Origin: Gammaproteobacteria bacterium
Lineage (GTDB): Bacteria; Pseudomonadota; Gammaproteobacteria; CAISUE01
DNA length: 64,000 nt
NCBI GenBank assembly: GCA_021156105.1
Contig: JAJNBD010000007.1
Coordinates: 52,945-116,944 of the forward strand
Direction of reading: 5' to 3'
The notes beneath the pieces are model-generated. The model was given only the letters and a program-made list of their open reading frames with translations, did no database searches and had not been told where the DNA came from. Below are positions 42,487 through 52,194 of this stretch, in pieces. A program made the translations under genes and the position numbers. Positions within the stretch are counted from its first letter, which is position 1, and each line of letters opens with the position of its first letter.

Positions 42487-43731
42487 TTAAGAAATATAAC
42501 TCATACCTGGCTGCTGATACCTTACTTCATTAGCCACCAATTTTGCAGGCCTCGCCGCTGGCTTTTTAAAAATGCCAACCTGGCTAGCATCTATTGCTCT
42601 TTTTGCTCTTTTGCTAGAGTCTGCATCCATAGGCAATAAAGGGACAGGCCGCTTATATGCTTTAGTAGCTTGTTGTTGAAGCATCTCTCCTGCAATCGTC
42701 TTAATGAAGCTTGCGCTAGACAGAATTGCTTGCTCAAAGAATATTGAGGCTTCGCCTCGGTTAACCTCCACTACTTGAAAACCATGCCAAAGTAGCATTG
42801 CTTTAATAAAAGAGACCTCTGGCGTTGGCAAATAGGTATAATTTTCTAAAAATTCAACCATCTCCTTGGCTTCGCTAAGCGTAACTTTTGCAAGCTTCCT
42901 TTGAAAGCAAGTTAATAAGTTAATGAAATGGGGTAACCGCAACACATCCTCGAGTTGCTGTGCCCGCAAAGCTAATATTTGGCACAAGCGAGTACACAAT
43001 ACTTGGCTCCATAGCCTTTGCTGCACATCAAATAATAAAGTTTTTGCCCGCTCACACGCTTGAGAGAAATTGTGAGGGAAAATAGCGGGGCCTGTAAAAT
43101 AAAATACATTTAGCTTACAAAAGGTTCGTTCATGCCTATCCTCAGTAACGGATAAAGCATGCTCTGACTGCGCTTGAATAATTGACCAAACTTTAGAAGA
43201 TAAAATAATTTTTTTCTGCTGATCCAAAATGATTAAAGCCGAGTAAATGTGTGGTCTTAGCCGACAGTCTATGTCATCAACCATCGGCATCCTCCCATCA
43301 TCTATAAGCATAGCGCCACATTCTTGAAGCAGTAAAATATTCAATAGTGGTTGATGAATTTTGTAAGGCAAAACCAAAATGCTTTTAACTAACTCGAATA
43401 TTAAACCAGCAGAAATTTGCGGTGCGTCTTTTGCTTTATTCTCTAAAACTTGCAGCACCGCTGGTAACTGACTAGAAAAATTAAAATCAAGAAAATTTAT
43501 CAAAGCACCATATGCCTCATCCACACCTCGCGCGGCGTAATAAAGGCATTGCGCTTGGAGGATTTGGATTTGCGCTGCATTCAGCTCAGATGCCAGAAGA
43601 ACCTTCTTATCCTTTTTTGCTTGCTCTAATTTCAATGCAGCAATAAGTTCAAGCAAAGCTGCTTGATTTCTTTTGTCATCCCAAGGACCTTCAAGGCAAT
43701 GAAAAAAATTTGCTATCTTCTCTTTTAACAT
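42487..43731 (-). CDS. hypothetical helical protein (effector candidate)
   Basis: 414 aa, no signal peptide, no known motif. Basic C-terminus. Confidence 0.4.
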   Translation of the reverse strand: MLKEKIANFFHCLEGPWDDKRNQAALLELIAALKLEQAKKDKKVLLASELNAAQIQILQAQCLYYAARGVDEAYGALINFLDFNFSSQLPAVLQVLENKAKDAPQISAGLIFELVKSILVLPYKIHQPLLNILLLQECGAMLIDDGRMPMVDDIDCRLRPHIYSALIILDQQKKIILSSKVWSIIQAQSEHALSVTEDRHERTFCKLNVFYFTGPAIFPHNFSQACERAKTLLFDVQQRLWSQVLCTRLCQILALRAQQLEDVLRLPHFINLLTCFQRKLAKVTLSEAKEMVEFLENYTYLPTPEVSFIKAMLLWHGFQVVEVNRGEASIFFEQAILSSASFIKTIAGEMLQQQATKAYKRPVPLLPMDADSSKRAKRAIDASQVGIFKKPAARPAKLVANEVRYQQPGMSYIS

Positions 43732-43900
43732 ATTTAAGTTTTATTAGAAATTTAGGACGGCCATTTTATCATTAAGCCAGTTATTTTGCTGTGTGTGTTA
43801 GTTCATGGCAGGTAAACTTTATGTGCAACTTTTATCAAAGCACTAAGGGCACAATAATTGCTTCCTATTCTAAAATACTTTTTAACTTATTGGAGGTATT

Positions 43901-44335
43901 ATGAAAAATTTACATCTTGTATTAGCAGGTAGTTTACTTATCTCTACCAGCATGGCTTATGCAACCGTCCCTTTAGCAGCTATGAATAATAAAATTGGCC
44001 AGTGTCAATTAGGCCAGACCTGCAGTCTACCTCAAAAGACATTAGGCTATCTTGCCGTACCCATTAAAGCCAACAGTCAAAAAGAACACGCCTATGAGTG
44101 TGTTGTTCACTCCACCCAAAATAAACAACTTTATGTTGAAACTTACAGCGATGGAGATCTAACAATGGATCCAGCGGGTCAAGGCACCCTTACCTACGAT
44201 ATAGGTTTATTACGTATGAGAGCAGAGTTCCAAACACCAAACAGTAACGGAGATATTAAAGTCTTGAATGTTTTAGGCACCGGGGGCGCGACAGTGACTT
44301 GCCAGCAAACATTATTGAATCAAAATAAAGCTTGA
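43901..44335 (+). CDS. small secreted hypothetical protein
   Basis: Signal peptide (SMAYA). 4 Cys. SD GGAGG upstream. Confidence 0.45.
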   Translation: MKNLHLVLAGSLLISTSMAYATVPLAAMNNKIGQCQLGQTCSLPQKTLGYLAVPIKANSQKEHAYECVVHSTQNKQLYVETYSDGDLTMDPAGQGTLTYDIGLLRMRAEFQTPNSNGDIKVLNVLGTGGATVTCQQTLLNQNKA

Positions 44336-44388
44336 CAAAATCTTTGCCTAGGAACAGCAAAAAACTGTTCCTAGGAAAGTGCTTTAAA

Positions 44389-44730
44389 TTATGAATTAAG
44401 AAGTAACGCCAACTTACAGTTAATTAAACATTCCGCATAATCATTACCGGGTGGATTAGGACACCAGCTTGGATATTGTAAAGAATAAACCTTGCCCTTT
44501 TGCGTCGAGCAACCCATACCATAACAATTGCCTTTAGTACTCACACAAAAATTACCATAACAATCTCCATTAGCTGCCCGGCAATAATCGCCTGCACAAG
44601 CCGCTCTCACGGAATGCCCAAACGCACCGCAAGCTGCTTGGTTAAGCGATGAAGGTGGCAGAGGACTAAATTTATACTGCGAGGCACAACTAACCAATTT
44701 GCGGCGCAGCCAAACCCACAGGCGAGCCAT
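44389..44730 (-). CDS. Cys-rich small ORF (16 Cys, repeated GxCYG), doubtful
   Basis: Coding-like codon usage and an internal repeat. No signal peptide. Overlaps the def remnant in another frame. Confidence 0.25.
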   Translation of the reverse strand: MARLWVWLRRKLVSCASQYKFSPLPPSSLNQAACGAFGHSVRAACAGDYCRAANGDCYGNFCVSTKGNCYGMGCSTQKGKVYSLQYPSWCPNPPGNDYAECLINCKLALLLNS

Positions 44731-44869
44731 AAGCCCCCTGAAGAGTAGAAAAAAAATTTTTCATTTCTATGATCAAAAGTTTTGTTTTTTCATCAAGCGG
44801 AAACTGTACAGTCTGTGAAGTTTGCCTCAACACTAAGGCTCGATCAGATTGAATATCAACAAGCTTCAT
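44690..44869 (-). pseudogene. def: peptide deformylase (def) N-terminal remnant
   Basis: MKLVDIQSDRALVLRQTSQTVQFPLDEKTKLLIIEMKNFFSTLQGAYGSPVGLAAPQIG matches the Def N-terminus including motif 1 G-x-G-L-A-A-P-Q-I-G. A TAG stop follows immediately. Motifs 2 (EGCLS) and 3 (HExxH) were not found in any downstream frame. Confidence 0.5.
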
Positions 44870-45000
44870 AGGACGCCTCTTGCCTTCCCTCTTAGCCTGC
44901 TCGGCTGTTGTTTTGGTACAAGCTGCTAACACTAAAACTATCAGCAAAGTAATAATAAAAGTTTTTTTATATCAACATTTTCTCTTTCAAATCCTTACCC

Positions 45001-47163
45001 TTAACCAAGACCAGGACGAGAACGGGCACTACCCGGCAACGTTGATCGCGTACTAGTATCAGCAGGCATTGGAATTGCCGCGGCTGCTCTTTGCGCCAAA
45101 AGCCCATTACCACGTTGCATCAGCTGAGCAACACCAGAGGTAGGTTGCTGGCACGCTTCAAAAACAAGCGTTTCGTTATACTTTAGCTCTGGCAACCGTT
45201 CAGGTTGACCTTGGCAATTAATGGTAATTTTTTCCCGACAAAATGGCGAGCCAAAGCCCTTTCGAGAAAACTGCATTTTCATAATAGCTCGCTCTTTAGA
45301 TAAAGAAATTTCCTCTGGATCAAATTTAATAAGCGATTCTTCAGAGTCTGAGCGTGCTGAAAAATTTTGTGTGAAATATAAAGTTAAACTATGACATGAA
45401 TAATCTACTGCAAAAATATGAGTTAAATTTATTTTTAATTTATCTGCCGTAAAAGCTTGGTAGTATTTAGCAATACCCATTAAACCTAATTGGAAGAACG
45501 TAGTTAAATCAAGTTTAAAACGGCTCCTTTGCTCGGACGTCGTTAAAGGTTCTTCAATTTGAGTTAACAACCAAGCCCCCAGCCCTGCCATATTAACTAT
45601 ATCTGAATAAAGCTTAACCAACGGCCCCAAGTTTCTCGGAAAAACGTTCCTGCTTACAACTTCATCAATCGCCATTTCAAGTGCATTATCACGAGACATC
45701 GCAATCCTTTCTTCAAAACTCATACTACAAGCTAGCGGTGTAGATGCAATGTTTGTTAATAAATCTATTAAACGAGTATTTTCTTGAAGCGCGGCTTTCG
45801 TCACCAAACCAGTAAAAGTATATTCTGGGGAAGTAAAAAAATCTTGAGAAACTTGAGTGCTCAATTGAAAAAATCGTTTGAATTTCTCGCACTCCCTAGG
45901 GTCTTTTAATACGCTAATATATGCCTCTTGCAACTTATCTAAAATGGTCGGATCGTATTGAAGGAATTTCTCCACCACCTCAGCCATACTAAATTCTCGT
46001 AGGCCTGTTAAAAAATACCTTAAAAATGTATTTTTTTCTATTAAATTAGAAATCGCAACGGTCTCAAAGTGTTGTAATGAAAAATAATTCTTAGCAAATT
46101 TTTGTAATTCGTCATCATAAAAATTTCCTTTATCTATTTCCTGAATCTTTTCAGACAAGAATTTATAAGCGTTTTCGTCCTTTAAGCCAGCCAATTTTTC
46201 AAGCTCTTCTGCAGAAATAAAATGCCTCAAATAAACTGTATCATCAATATTTTTTTGACCAGGCTTTAAATGTTGAAACTCTGTAAATACCCGCTTCATT
46301 AACCAGAAAGAAGCTTTATTAGGAAACTGCGCCAATCTCAAACGATAAAAAAACTGTAATTTTTGTAAACATTCTTTCGAATCAGAAAAGCGCGCAAAAT
46401 AAGTAATTAACTCTGCCCTAACCTCTTCAAAATCCTTTTGTATCTTACCAAAATCTTCCTGCTTAAGATCATACCTGCTTTTTTTCCCCACAATAAAACA
46501 CTGCGCACTCGCAAAACCTTTGCCAAGCACCGAGCATAATTTGTTTAAACTGCCACAAATTTTTGATAGGGCATTTGAATCAATTTCGACATTATGGAAT
46601 TGCAGATACTGGTTAATAGCGGCAGCCAAGTCAGGGGTACTTTCTTTGACTTGATAATAAAGCTTGGCCAATATTTCGCTTTCATCCTCTGTTAAACACA
46701 TGCATGGTGTCAATAAGCGCTGCAGAAAATCTGGATATGCCAAAATAGCCGCTTGATAATTATTCTCTAAGCGTTGCAAATCTAAAAGAAGATGCGAAAT
46801 AATAGAAGATTGGTTTTTTCCTTGTAAAGCAGTTTTTATTTTCGTCAACAAATCGATTAGAAGATAAAAACCATAATGCTTTATCTGTCTCTCAGTCTTT
46901 GCCTCTTGTGCCTTGGCATTCTCACCATTTCTATACCAAGTTTCATCTACCAAAAAACTTCCGGAAGAAATATTTTTTAACTCAGGACGAGCTTCTAATA
47001 ACTTGCTAATTTTGGCAAATTCATTATTTTTTAAAGCGCTAATCGCGTCTTTAAAATCAGTAGGAAATTTATTAGAGAAAGCTAAATAATATTCGGTATT
47101 GGCATGATAATATAATGCAGCCTTCGCAAATGATTCTATCAACGTAGGATCAGAAAAAGGCAT
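45001..47163 (-). CDS. large hypothetical helical protein (effector candidate)
   Basis: 720 aa, no signal peptide. Ala/Pro/Arg-rich disordered C-terminal 40 aa. Confidence 0.45.
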   Translation of the reverse strand: MPFSDPTLIESFAKAALYYHANTEYYLAFSNKFPTDFKDAISALKNNEFAKISKLLEARPELKNISSGSFLVDETWYRNGENAKAQEAKTERQIKHYGFYLLIDLLTKIKTALQGKNQSSIISHLLLDLQRLENNYQAAILAYPDFLQRLLTPCMCLTEDESEILAKLYYQVKESTPDLAAAINQYLQFHNVEIDSNALSKICGSLNKLCSVLGKGFASAQCFIVGKKSRYDLKQEDFGKIQKDFEEVRAELITYFARFSDSKECLQKLQFFYRLRLAQFPNKASFWLMKRVFTEFQHLKPGQKNIDDTVYLRHFISAEELEKLAGLKDENAYKFLSEKIQEIDKGNFYDDELQKFAKNYFSLQHFETVAISNLIEKNTFLRYFLTGLREFSMAEVVEKFLQYDPTILDKLQEAYISVLKDPRECEKFKRFFQLSTQVSQDFFTSPEYTFTGLVTKAALQENTRLIDLLTNIASTPLACSMSFEERIAMSRDNALEMAIDEVVSRNVFPRNLGPLVKLYSDIVNMAGLGAWLLTQIEEPLTTSEQRSRFKLDLTTFFQLGLMGIAKYYQAFTADKLKINLTHIFAVDYSCHSLTLYFTQNFSARSDSEESLIKFDPEEISLSKERAIMKMQFSRKGFGSPFCREKITINCQGQPERLPELKYNETLVFEACQQPTSGVAQLMQRGNGLLAQRAAAAIPMPADTSTRSTLPGSARSRPGLG

Positions 47164-47323
47164 GGCATACCTCCAGAATAGGCTATTAAGCTAGATAGTT
47201 ATTTTTCTCTTACTCTTAGCAAAAAGCATACCACAAACTTATTAAAATCAAAAATTGGTCATAAAAGCGTATTTTTTAACCTAGCGACACCCTTAGTTAA
47301 TAATCAAACATACTTAATGCTTA

Positions 47324-48844
47324 TTATTTTGCTAGGTGGTAAATCTGAACCTGATCCCCTCGCCTATTAATAAAAACCTTCATTGGTTGATGGCTGCTTA
47401 AAAAGTTTTTTACATTGTCACTAAGTAGATCATCTTTATTAATTCTTAATGCAACCCAATCATAATCTTCAGCTTTAGAAATATCTCTTAATTCGCCATC
47501 TGTAATATTCGCTTGACGCATCTCATCGGCATATTCGTCGCTAGCATAAAAACTGAGCTGGTTACTGGTAGAAAATAAAGTTTGATTTGGCTGCATGTGC
47601 TGATATAGCCAACGCCCACCATTAGAAATATAAGCTTTTGAAACACCAAAATGGCACAAGCCGCTTATTGCCATTCCAAGCAACCATAGCAAAATTATTG
47701 GCCAAAATATTCGTGCCATTTTATGCTGTTGCTGCCAAGCTTGATAAATATTTTCTAGCGCAAAAGGTACCCAGCTCATCCAAAGCAACACCATAAAAAT
47801 CGGATAACGCGCCACGATAAAATACTGCTCTGCAACAAATAAAGCAAGCATGATTAAGTTTACAAAAATCGTCCAATTTAATAAGGTCACTTGTCCATCG
47901 GTATTTTTAATGAGTTTTTGCTGCTGACCAAAGCAAGCTAAAAATAAATATAAAGGTTTAAAAGCAGTAATAATGCCCATAATTAAAACAGCTAATAATC
48001 CGCCATAAAACAAAGTTGGCGCACTATCTTTAGAAAGGTAATTTAATACCGTTGCTTTAATCGTTTGAATATCCGTTTGCATTTTATGCCATGTTGCAGG
48101 CAAAGTTTGGGTTAACTGACTAACTAATTCATATAAACGACTATTTCCTTGCTCTGGAGAATGGTGAATAATGTGGAAAGTAATCATGCCTACCAGTCCA
48201 AGCCATAAACAAAGATTTACTTTAAGATAGCACTTTATTCGCTGACGCCAAAAAACACCTGGCTGAATAAGTAAAACCATTGGAGCTGTTGCTAAAAAGA
48301 CAAATCCCTCCACGCGGAAGAGACTTGCGATAATCATGAACAGTCCCCAAAATAACGCATATTTATAATTAGGCTGTTTTAAATAATTTATTAAAAAAGA
48401 AAAAGCATAAAGCGCAAACGCCCAATAAGCAAAATCACGCGTCACGTAATCACGCATACCATTAAGTGTGGGAAAAATTAAAATTACCAATGCCGACCAG
48501 AGCAGTATCCGCTGCTGAGCACCTAAGATCTTTAATAAACGAATAAAGCCCAGCACGAGCAAAACCTGAAAGATAATATTTAAAAGATGAAAAGCATATA
48601 CCAATTTAATGCTTATTACTTTTGCGACCCAAGCGGCCAGAATAGAAAAGAAAGGCCAGTTATAAGCAACAAATGCAGCCTTTACGCCATGCTGCAAATA
48701 AGCTTGGGCTGTTTTAATATAAACCATGCCGTCCGGATTAATTGGATCATTTGATAAAAGCGCGCTTAAACTAAAAAGCAAACTAAAAATCGCTGCAATC
48801 GTTAGCAGCTTTGGATAGGATAAATTTTGAAAAAAGTTTTTCAT
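47324..48844 (-). CDS. GT-C-fold membrane glycosyltransferase (ArnT/PMT-like)
   Basis: About 11 TM helices. First periplasmic loop with a D/E-rich motif. About 100-aa soluble C-terminal domain. Confidence 0.5.
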   Translation of the reverse strand: MKNFFQNLSYPKLLTIAAIFSLLFSLSALLSNDPINPDGMVYIKTAQAYLQHGVKAAFVAYNWPFFSILAAWVAKVISIKLVYAFHLLNIIFQVLLVLGFIRLLKILGAQQRILLWSALVILIFPTLNGMRDYVTRDFAYWAFALYAFSFLINYLKQPNYKYALFWGLFMIIASLFRVEGFVFLATAPMVLLIQPGVFWRQRIKCYLKVNLCLWLGLVGMITFHIIHHSPEQGNSRLYELVSQLTQTLPATWHKMQTDIQTIKATVLNYLSKDSAPTLFYGGLLAVLIMGIITAFKPLYLFLACFGQQQKLIKNTDGQVTLLNWTIFVNLIMLALFVAEQYFIVARYPIFMVLLWMSWVPFALENIYQAWQQQHKMARIFWPIILLWLLGMAISGLCHFGVSKAYISNGGRWLYQHMQPNQTLFSTSNQLSFYASDEYADEMRQANITDGELRDISKAEDYDWVALRINKDDLLSDNVKNFLSSHQPMKVFINRRGDQVQIYHLAK

Positions 48845-48865
48845 AAGTATTTTGAAAATATAAGT

Positions 48866-49990
48866 TTATTCGCTTACTACGCCCGGCGTTTTTGTTATCA
48901 CTTTTAAAATTTGTTCTGCAATACTTGTTTGGTCTTGTTGCTGCATATAACCACGCGCAGATTTTTGCCAGTGCTCATTAGGTAAGTCAGCCAAGCTTTC
49001 TAGCAAAGCCTGGTTATAAACCCCTTGCTGAAATGGTTGGCCCGAGATCACTTTACCCGCACCCGATTGTCTAACATAGGAGGCATATCCACAAGTGTCC
49101 GTCACCAACACTGGCAAACCATTAGCTAGCGCCTCAGCAATCACTGTACCTGTTGTATCATGATAGGCTGCGTGTAAAAAGATGTCGGAAGCTTGCATTA
49201 AAGTATAAACATCCTTTCGGCTACCTAAAAAGCATACATGCTCAGCGATGCCTAGCTTTTCTGCCATCTTAGCAAAATATGTTTTTCTTTGTTCACCCAC
49301 AACTAAAAAATAAACATCTTCTAGAATATGTTTTGGTAAAGCAGCTAAAGCGCGTAAATCTCTTTCAATTCCTTTTAACTTCAAGTTATGCCCCACCATT
49401 AATAACCACTTTACCTTCTTTTCACAAAAGGAAAGATTTAATTGTAAGCGCGCATCTTCCTTTGCTAGAGGCATATCAGGCAATTTTATACCCGCTGAAA
49501 TACGATGAAATTTTTCATCTTGGGTTTGATAATATTGTTGATAAATGGCCTGCTGGCTTTCATTTAAAAGTAAGATCTGGGTTTTTGCGCAAGGCTCAAA
49601 TATTTGCTTTTCTATCGCAAGATAACTGCGATACCTCGGCAGCCATCGGTAAAGCCAAGGATGTTTTCGCGCCGCCTCTTTACGCAGGCATAAATCACAG
49701 GCGAAATAATAATCTAATCCTGGCAGGCGACTAAAACCAATGCTTACGACTGGATCTTTTGTTAACGCTTGATGTAATAAATAGATAAACTTTTTGACAC
49801 GCTGATGGTTACTGAAAGCTTTTACTGGCAAAAGTTTCACTTCAAGACCCGCAGGAATCTCCCCTTGCCAACTTGTTGTATAGCAAATGACTTCATGCCC
49901 TTGTTGCAGCGCAAGTTGCGAAAACTTCAACATATCGCGCTGCGCGCCACCAAAGGGAAAATATTTAAAAATACATAAAGCGAGCTTCAT
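48866..49990 (-). CDS. GT4 glycosyltransferase, WaaG/RfaG-like LPS core glucosyltransferase
   Basis: N-terminus MKLALCIFKYFPFGGAQRD closely resembles the WaaG N-terminus (from memory). C-terminal EX7E-type region. Confidence 0.65.
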   Translation of the reverse strand: MKLALCIFKYFPFGGAQRDMLKFSQLALQQGHEVICYTTSWQGEIPAGLEVKLLPVKAFSNHQRVKKFIYLLHQALTKDPVVSIGFSRLPGLDYYFACDLCLRKEAARKHPWLYRWLPRYRSYLAIEKQIFEPCAKTQILLLNESQQAIYQQYYQTQDEKFHRISAGIKLPDMPLAKEDARLQLNLSFCEKKVKWLLMVGHNLKLKGIERDLRALAALPKHILEDVYFLVVGEQRKTYFAKMAEKLGIAEHVCFLGSRKDVYTLMQASDIFLHAAYHDTTGTVIAEALANGLPVLVTDTCGYASYVRQSGAGKVISGQPFQQGVYNQALLESLADLPNEHWQKSARGYMQQQDQTSIAEQILKVITKTPGVVSE

Positions 49991-50551
49991 ACATTGTATC
50001 CCTGGCTCTTCTCTAATTTACCATCTACTATGACTAATCTTATTTTGAAGAAAACTGACTTAATTTTAGCAAAAACCGAAACCAAAATCGCATGCTCTTT
50101 ATTGCTTATTAATCTTACCAAATTATTAAAAACAAAATCCTCTGTAGGCAATTTCAGTAAAACCTGGGCTGTTCTCTTGATAATAATTGTAGCACTGATA
50201 AAAGGACACCAGCCATTTTATCAAACATCATAATCATTAGAGTTTAAAATTAGCACCTTTCTTCGCATAACTTACTCCAAACTTAAAAACCCACAACAAT
50301 TATACGCTAAAGTCGCCTTATATCGTAAACTATTTTTTTGAAACAACTGTGAAAAAGCAGTTAAATAAATGAGTTGCACAGCTACACGGATATTGGCAAA
50401 TAATTTTACTTCGCCGCTTACACAGCAAAACTGTTTTATCCCCCTGCAAAAAAGATAGCGCTTAAAAATCATCTTTGTCGTTAATCTTTTCTTAAGATTC
50501 TTAATCTATAATACAAGTATAAAAAAAATAATACTTATAAAAATAAAAAAT

Positions 50552-51784
50552 ATGAATCCTTCAGACTTGCAACCAGGTGATGTTGTTTTTTTTGTTACTC
50601 CCTGGGGTTATGTTGATCACGTTGGCATTATTAGCGGACGCGATAAGCATGGCTTACCACTGATCATTCACGCCATTGATGATAAACGTTACAACTGTGT
50701 GTTACAGACAACGCTTAATCCTAAAACAATCGTCGATGATGATGGCGTGACGCATGATTTAAAATTTATTGTTGCTCGCTGTAAAGATTCAAGCATTGCC
50801 GCATTAGCAGCGCAACAAGCTATGGTATGGGCGCAATATGCCCCACCCTACAGTCACAATCGTTTAAAAAAATCGCTTGCATTAGAAGATGAATTTGATA
50901 ATGATGACAAACAGATTTGTGAGCGTTCGCAGCAAAAATATCTTGAAGAAAACCGCATATTTGCTAGTATTAAATATACAGCTCGTCGTGATTTACCACC
51001 AGTTAATGCTAAAAAAGGCATTATTTGCAATACTTTCTTTACTCTATGCTATCAAGTACCACAGCTTAGCCCTTATACTAAAACTATTGATGACATAGCT
51101 AGCTGCACCTGGATTTCAGATAAGCATCCTGCAAAAGTGATAATTAATCCTGCAATAGCGCAAGAGTATGAGAAATATATGGACGCCAAAACAAAACGCC
51201 GTATGGCAGCTGGCGTAGCCGAAGCAATAATAACTGATGTTGACCAAGAAGTCATAGCTTTGTGCCAACAAGACTTTCAGTCTTCTGCTGCCGCTTGGGA
51301 TTACAAGGATGGCGTACCACTCCCTAGCGAAATTGCAAGACAACTAGTACTTCCAGTAGATGTTAAAGAAACTCCTTGCGGCGCTTTGAAATATTATATG
51401 GATCATTCTAAAGATTGGACGGTATTTAATGATAACCCATTAGAATTAAAGGCAGTAGTGTTTGAAACGTCAGAAAAATCTGAGTATAAAGAGCAAATTA
51501 CGCGAACACTTGAATTCTCAAAGGCATTGCGTACTCAACATCAGGACATGTTGCTTTCACCTCGCCGCTGCGTTTCAGCTAGTACCATTGAAGTACCAGC
51601 CGGATTAATTGATAGTGATATGAGCGGTTTAAAACGACAAGTGGTATCTGCGCCAGCTTCTCCAAGTGAGTATATTCGCAAATTTTTCCGAGCTATCCCC
51701 TCCGCTTCACCTGTAGCAATTGCTCAATTTTCAACTGAACTAGATAGTGAAGAACAACCTGCAGCCGCAGCAAGTGCGCGATAA
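50552..51784 (+). CDS. hypothetical protein with N-terminal permuted NlpC/P60-like (His-first) domain (effector candidate)
   Basis: PGDVVFF...HVGII...IHA at the extreme N-terminus, with candidate Cys downstream. Long C-terminal region of unknown function. Confidence 0.4.
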   Translation: MNPSDLQPGDVVFFVTPWGYVDHVGIISGRDKHGLPLIIHAIDDKRYNCVLQTTLNPKTIVDDDGVTHDLKFIVARCKDSSIAALAAQQAMVWAQYAPPYSHNRLKKSLALEDEFDNDDKQICERSQQKYLEENRIFASIKYTARRDLPPVNAKKGIICNTFFTLCYQVPQLSPYTKTIDDIASCTWISDKHPAKVIINPAIAQEYEKYMDAKTKRRMAAGVAEAIITDVDQEVIALCQQDFQSSAAAWDYKDGVPLPSEIARQLVLPVDVKETPCGALKYYMDHSKDWTVFNDNPLELKAVVFETSEKSEYKEQITRTLEFSKALRTQHQDMLLSPRRCVSASTIEVPAGLIDSDMSGLKRQVVSAPASPSEYIRKFFRAIPSASPVAIAQFSTELDSEEQPAAAASAR

Positions 51785-52194
51785 GACCATAACATATATG
51801 GAAAAGAGCCATAGATAATAAAAAATTGTTAGAAAAACAAGGACTGATAAAATTAGAAGGGCTACAAGCAGATAATATTATCTCCCTTGTTCGCGTATGG
51901 AGTTATGCGTAGGCAGCAAAAAATATCGCCAACAAGTCTCAACACTCTCGTACAAAAATAAATCCATTATAAGCTGGATATTGCTTAAGCTCCTGATAAA
52001 ACTGCCTTTATTGAAGCAGATGCTGTAGCCCATTGCGGCAATTTTGAGAGCCCCTACTTTTGAATGGGAAGAACGAGAATCCTTTAATTTTCACCCAGTA
52101 CAAAGTTATAGTTTCAAAAAGAAGGCTTTTTTAAGCTTCTGTTAAGCTTTATCTGCTAAAATTTTGCTATAAAAAGAACAATAATAAAAAAAGC

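Noticed and set aside
42403-42639. 78-aa ORF spanning the gyrA-upstream DnaA-box element
   Set aside because: It overlaps a conserved non-coding repeat and the 3' end of the 42487 gene. Likely spurious.
44389-44730. Cys-rich 113-aa ORF as a confident bacteriocin/metallothionein-like gene
   Set aside because: No signal peptide. The start overlaps the def remnant in another frame. It is kept only as a low-confidence feature because codon usage and the internal repeat look coding.
49279-49734. 151-aa plus-strand ORF inside the WaaG-like GT4 gene
   Set aside because: Antisense to a well-supported glycosyltransferase gene.
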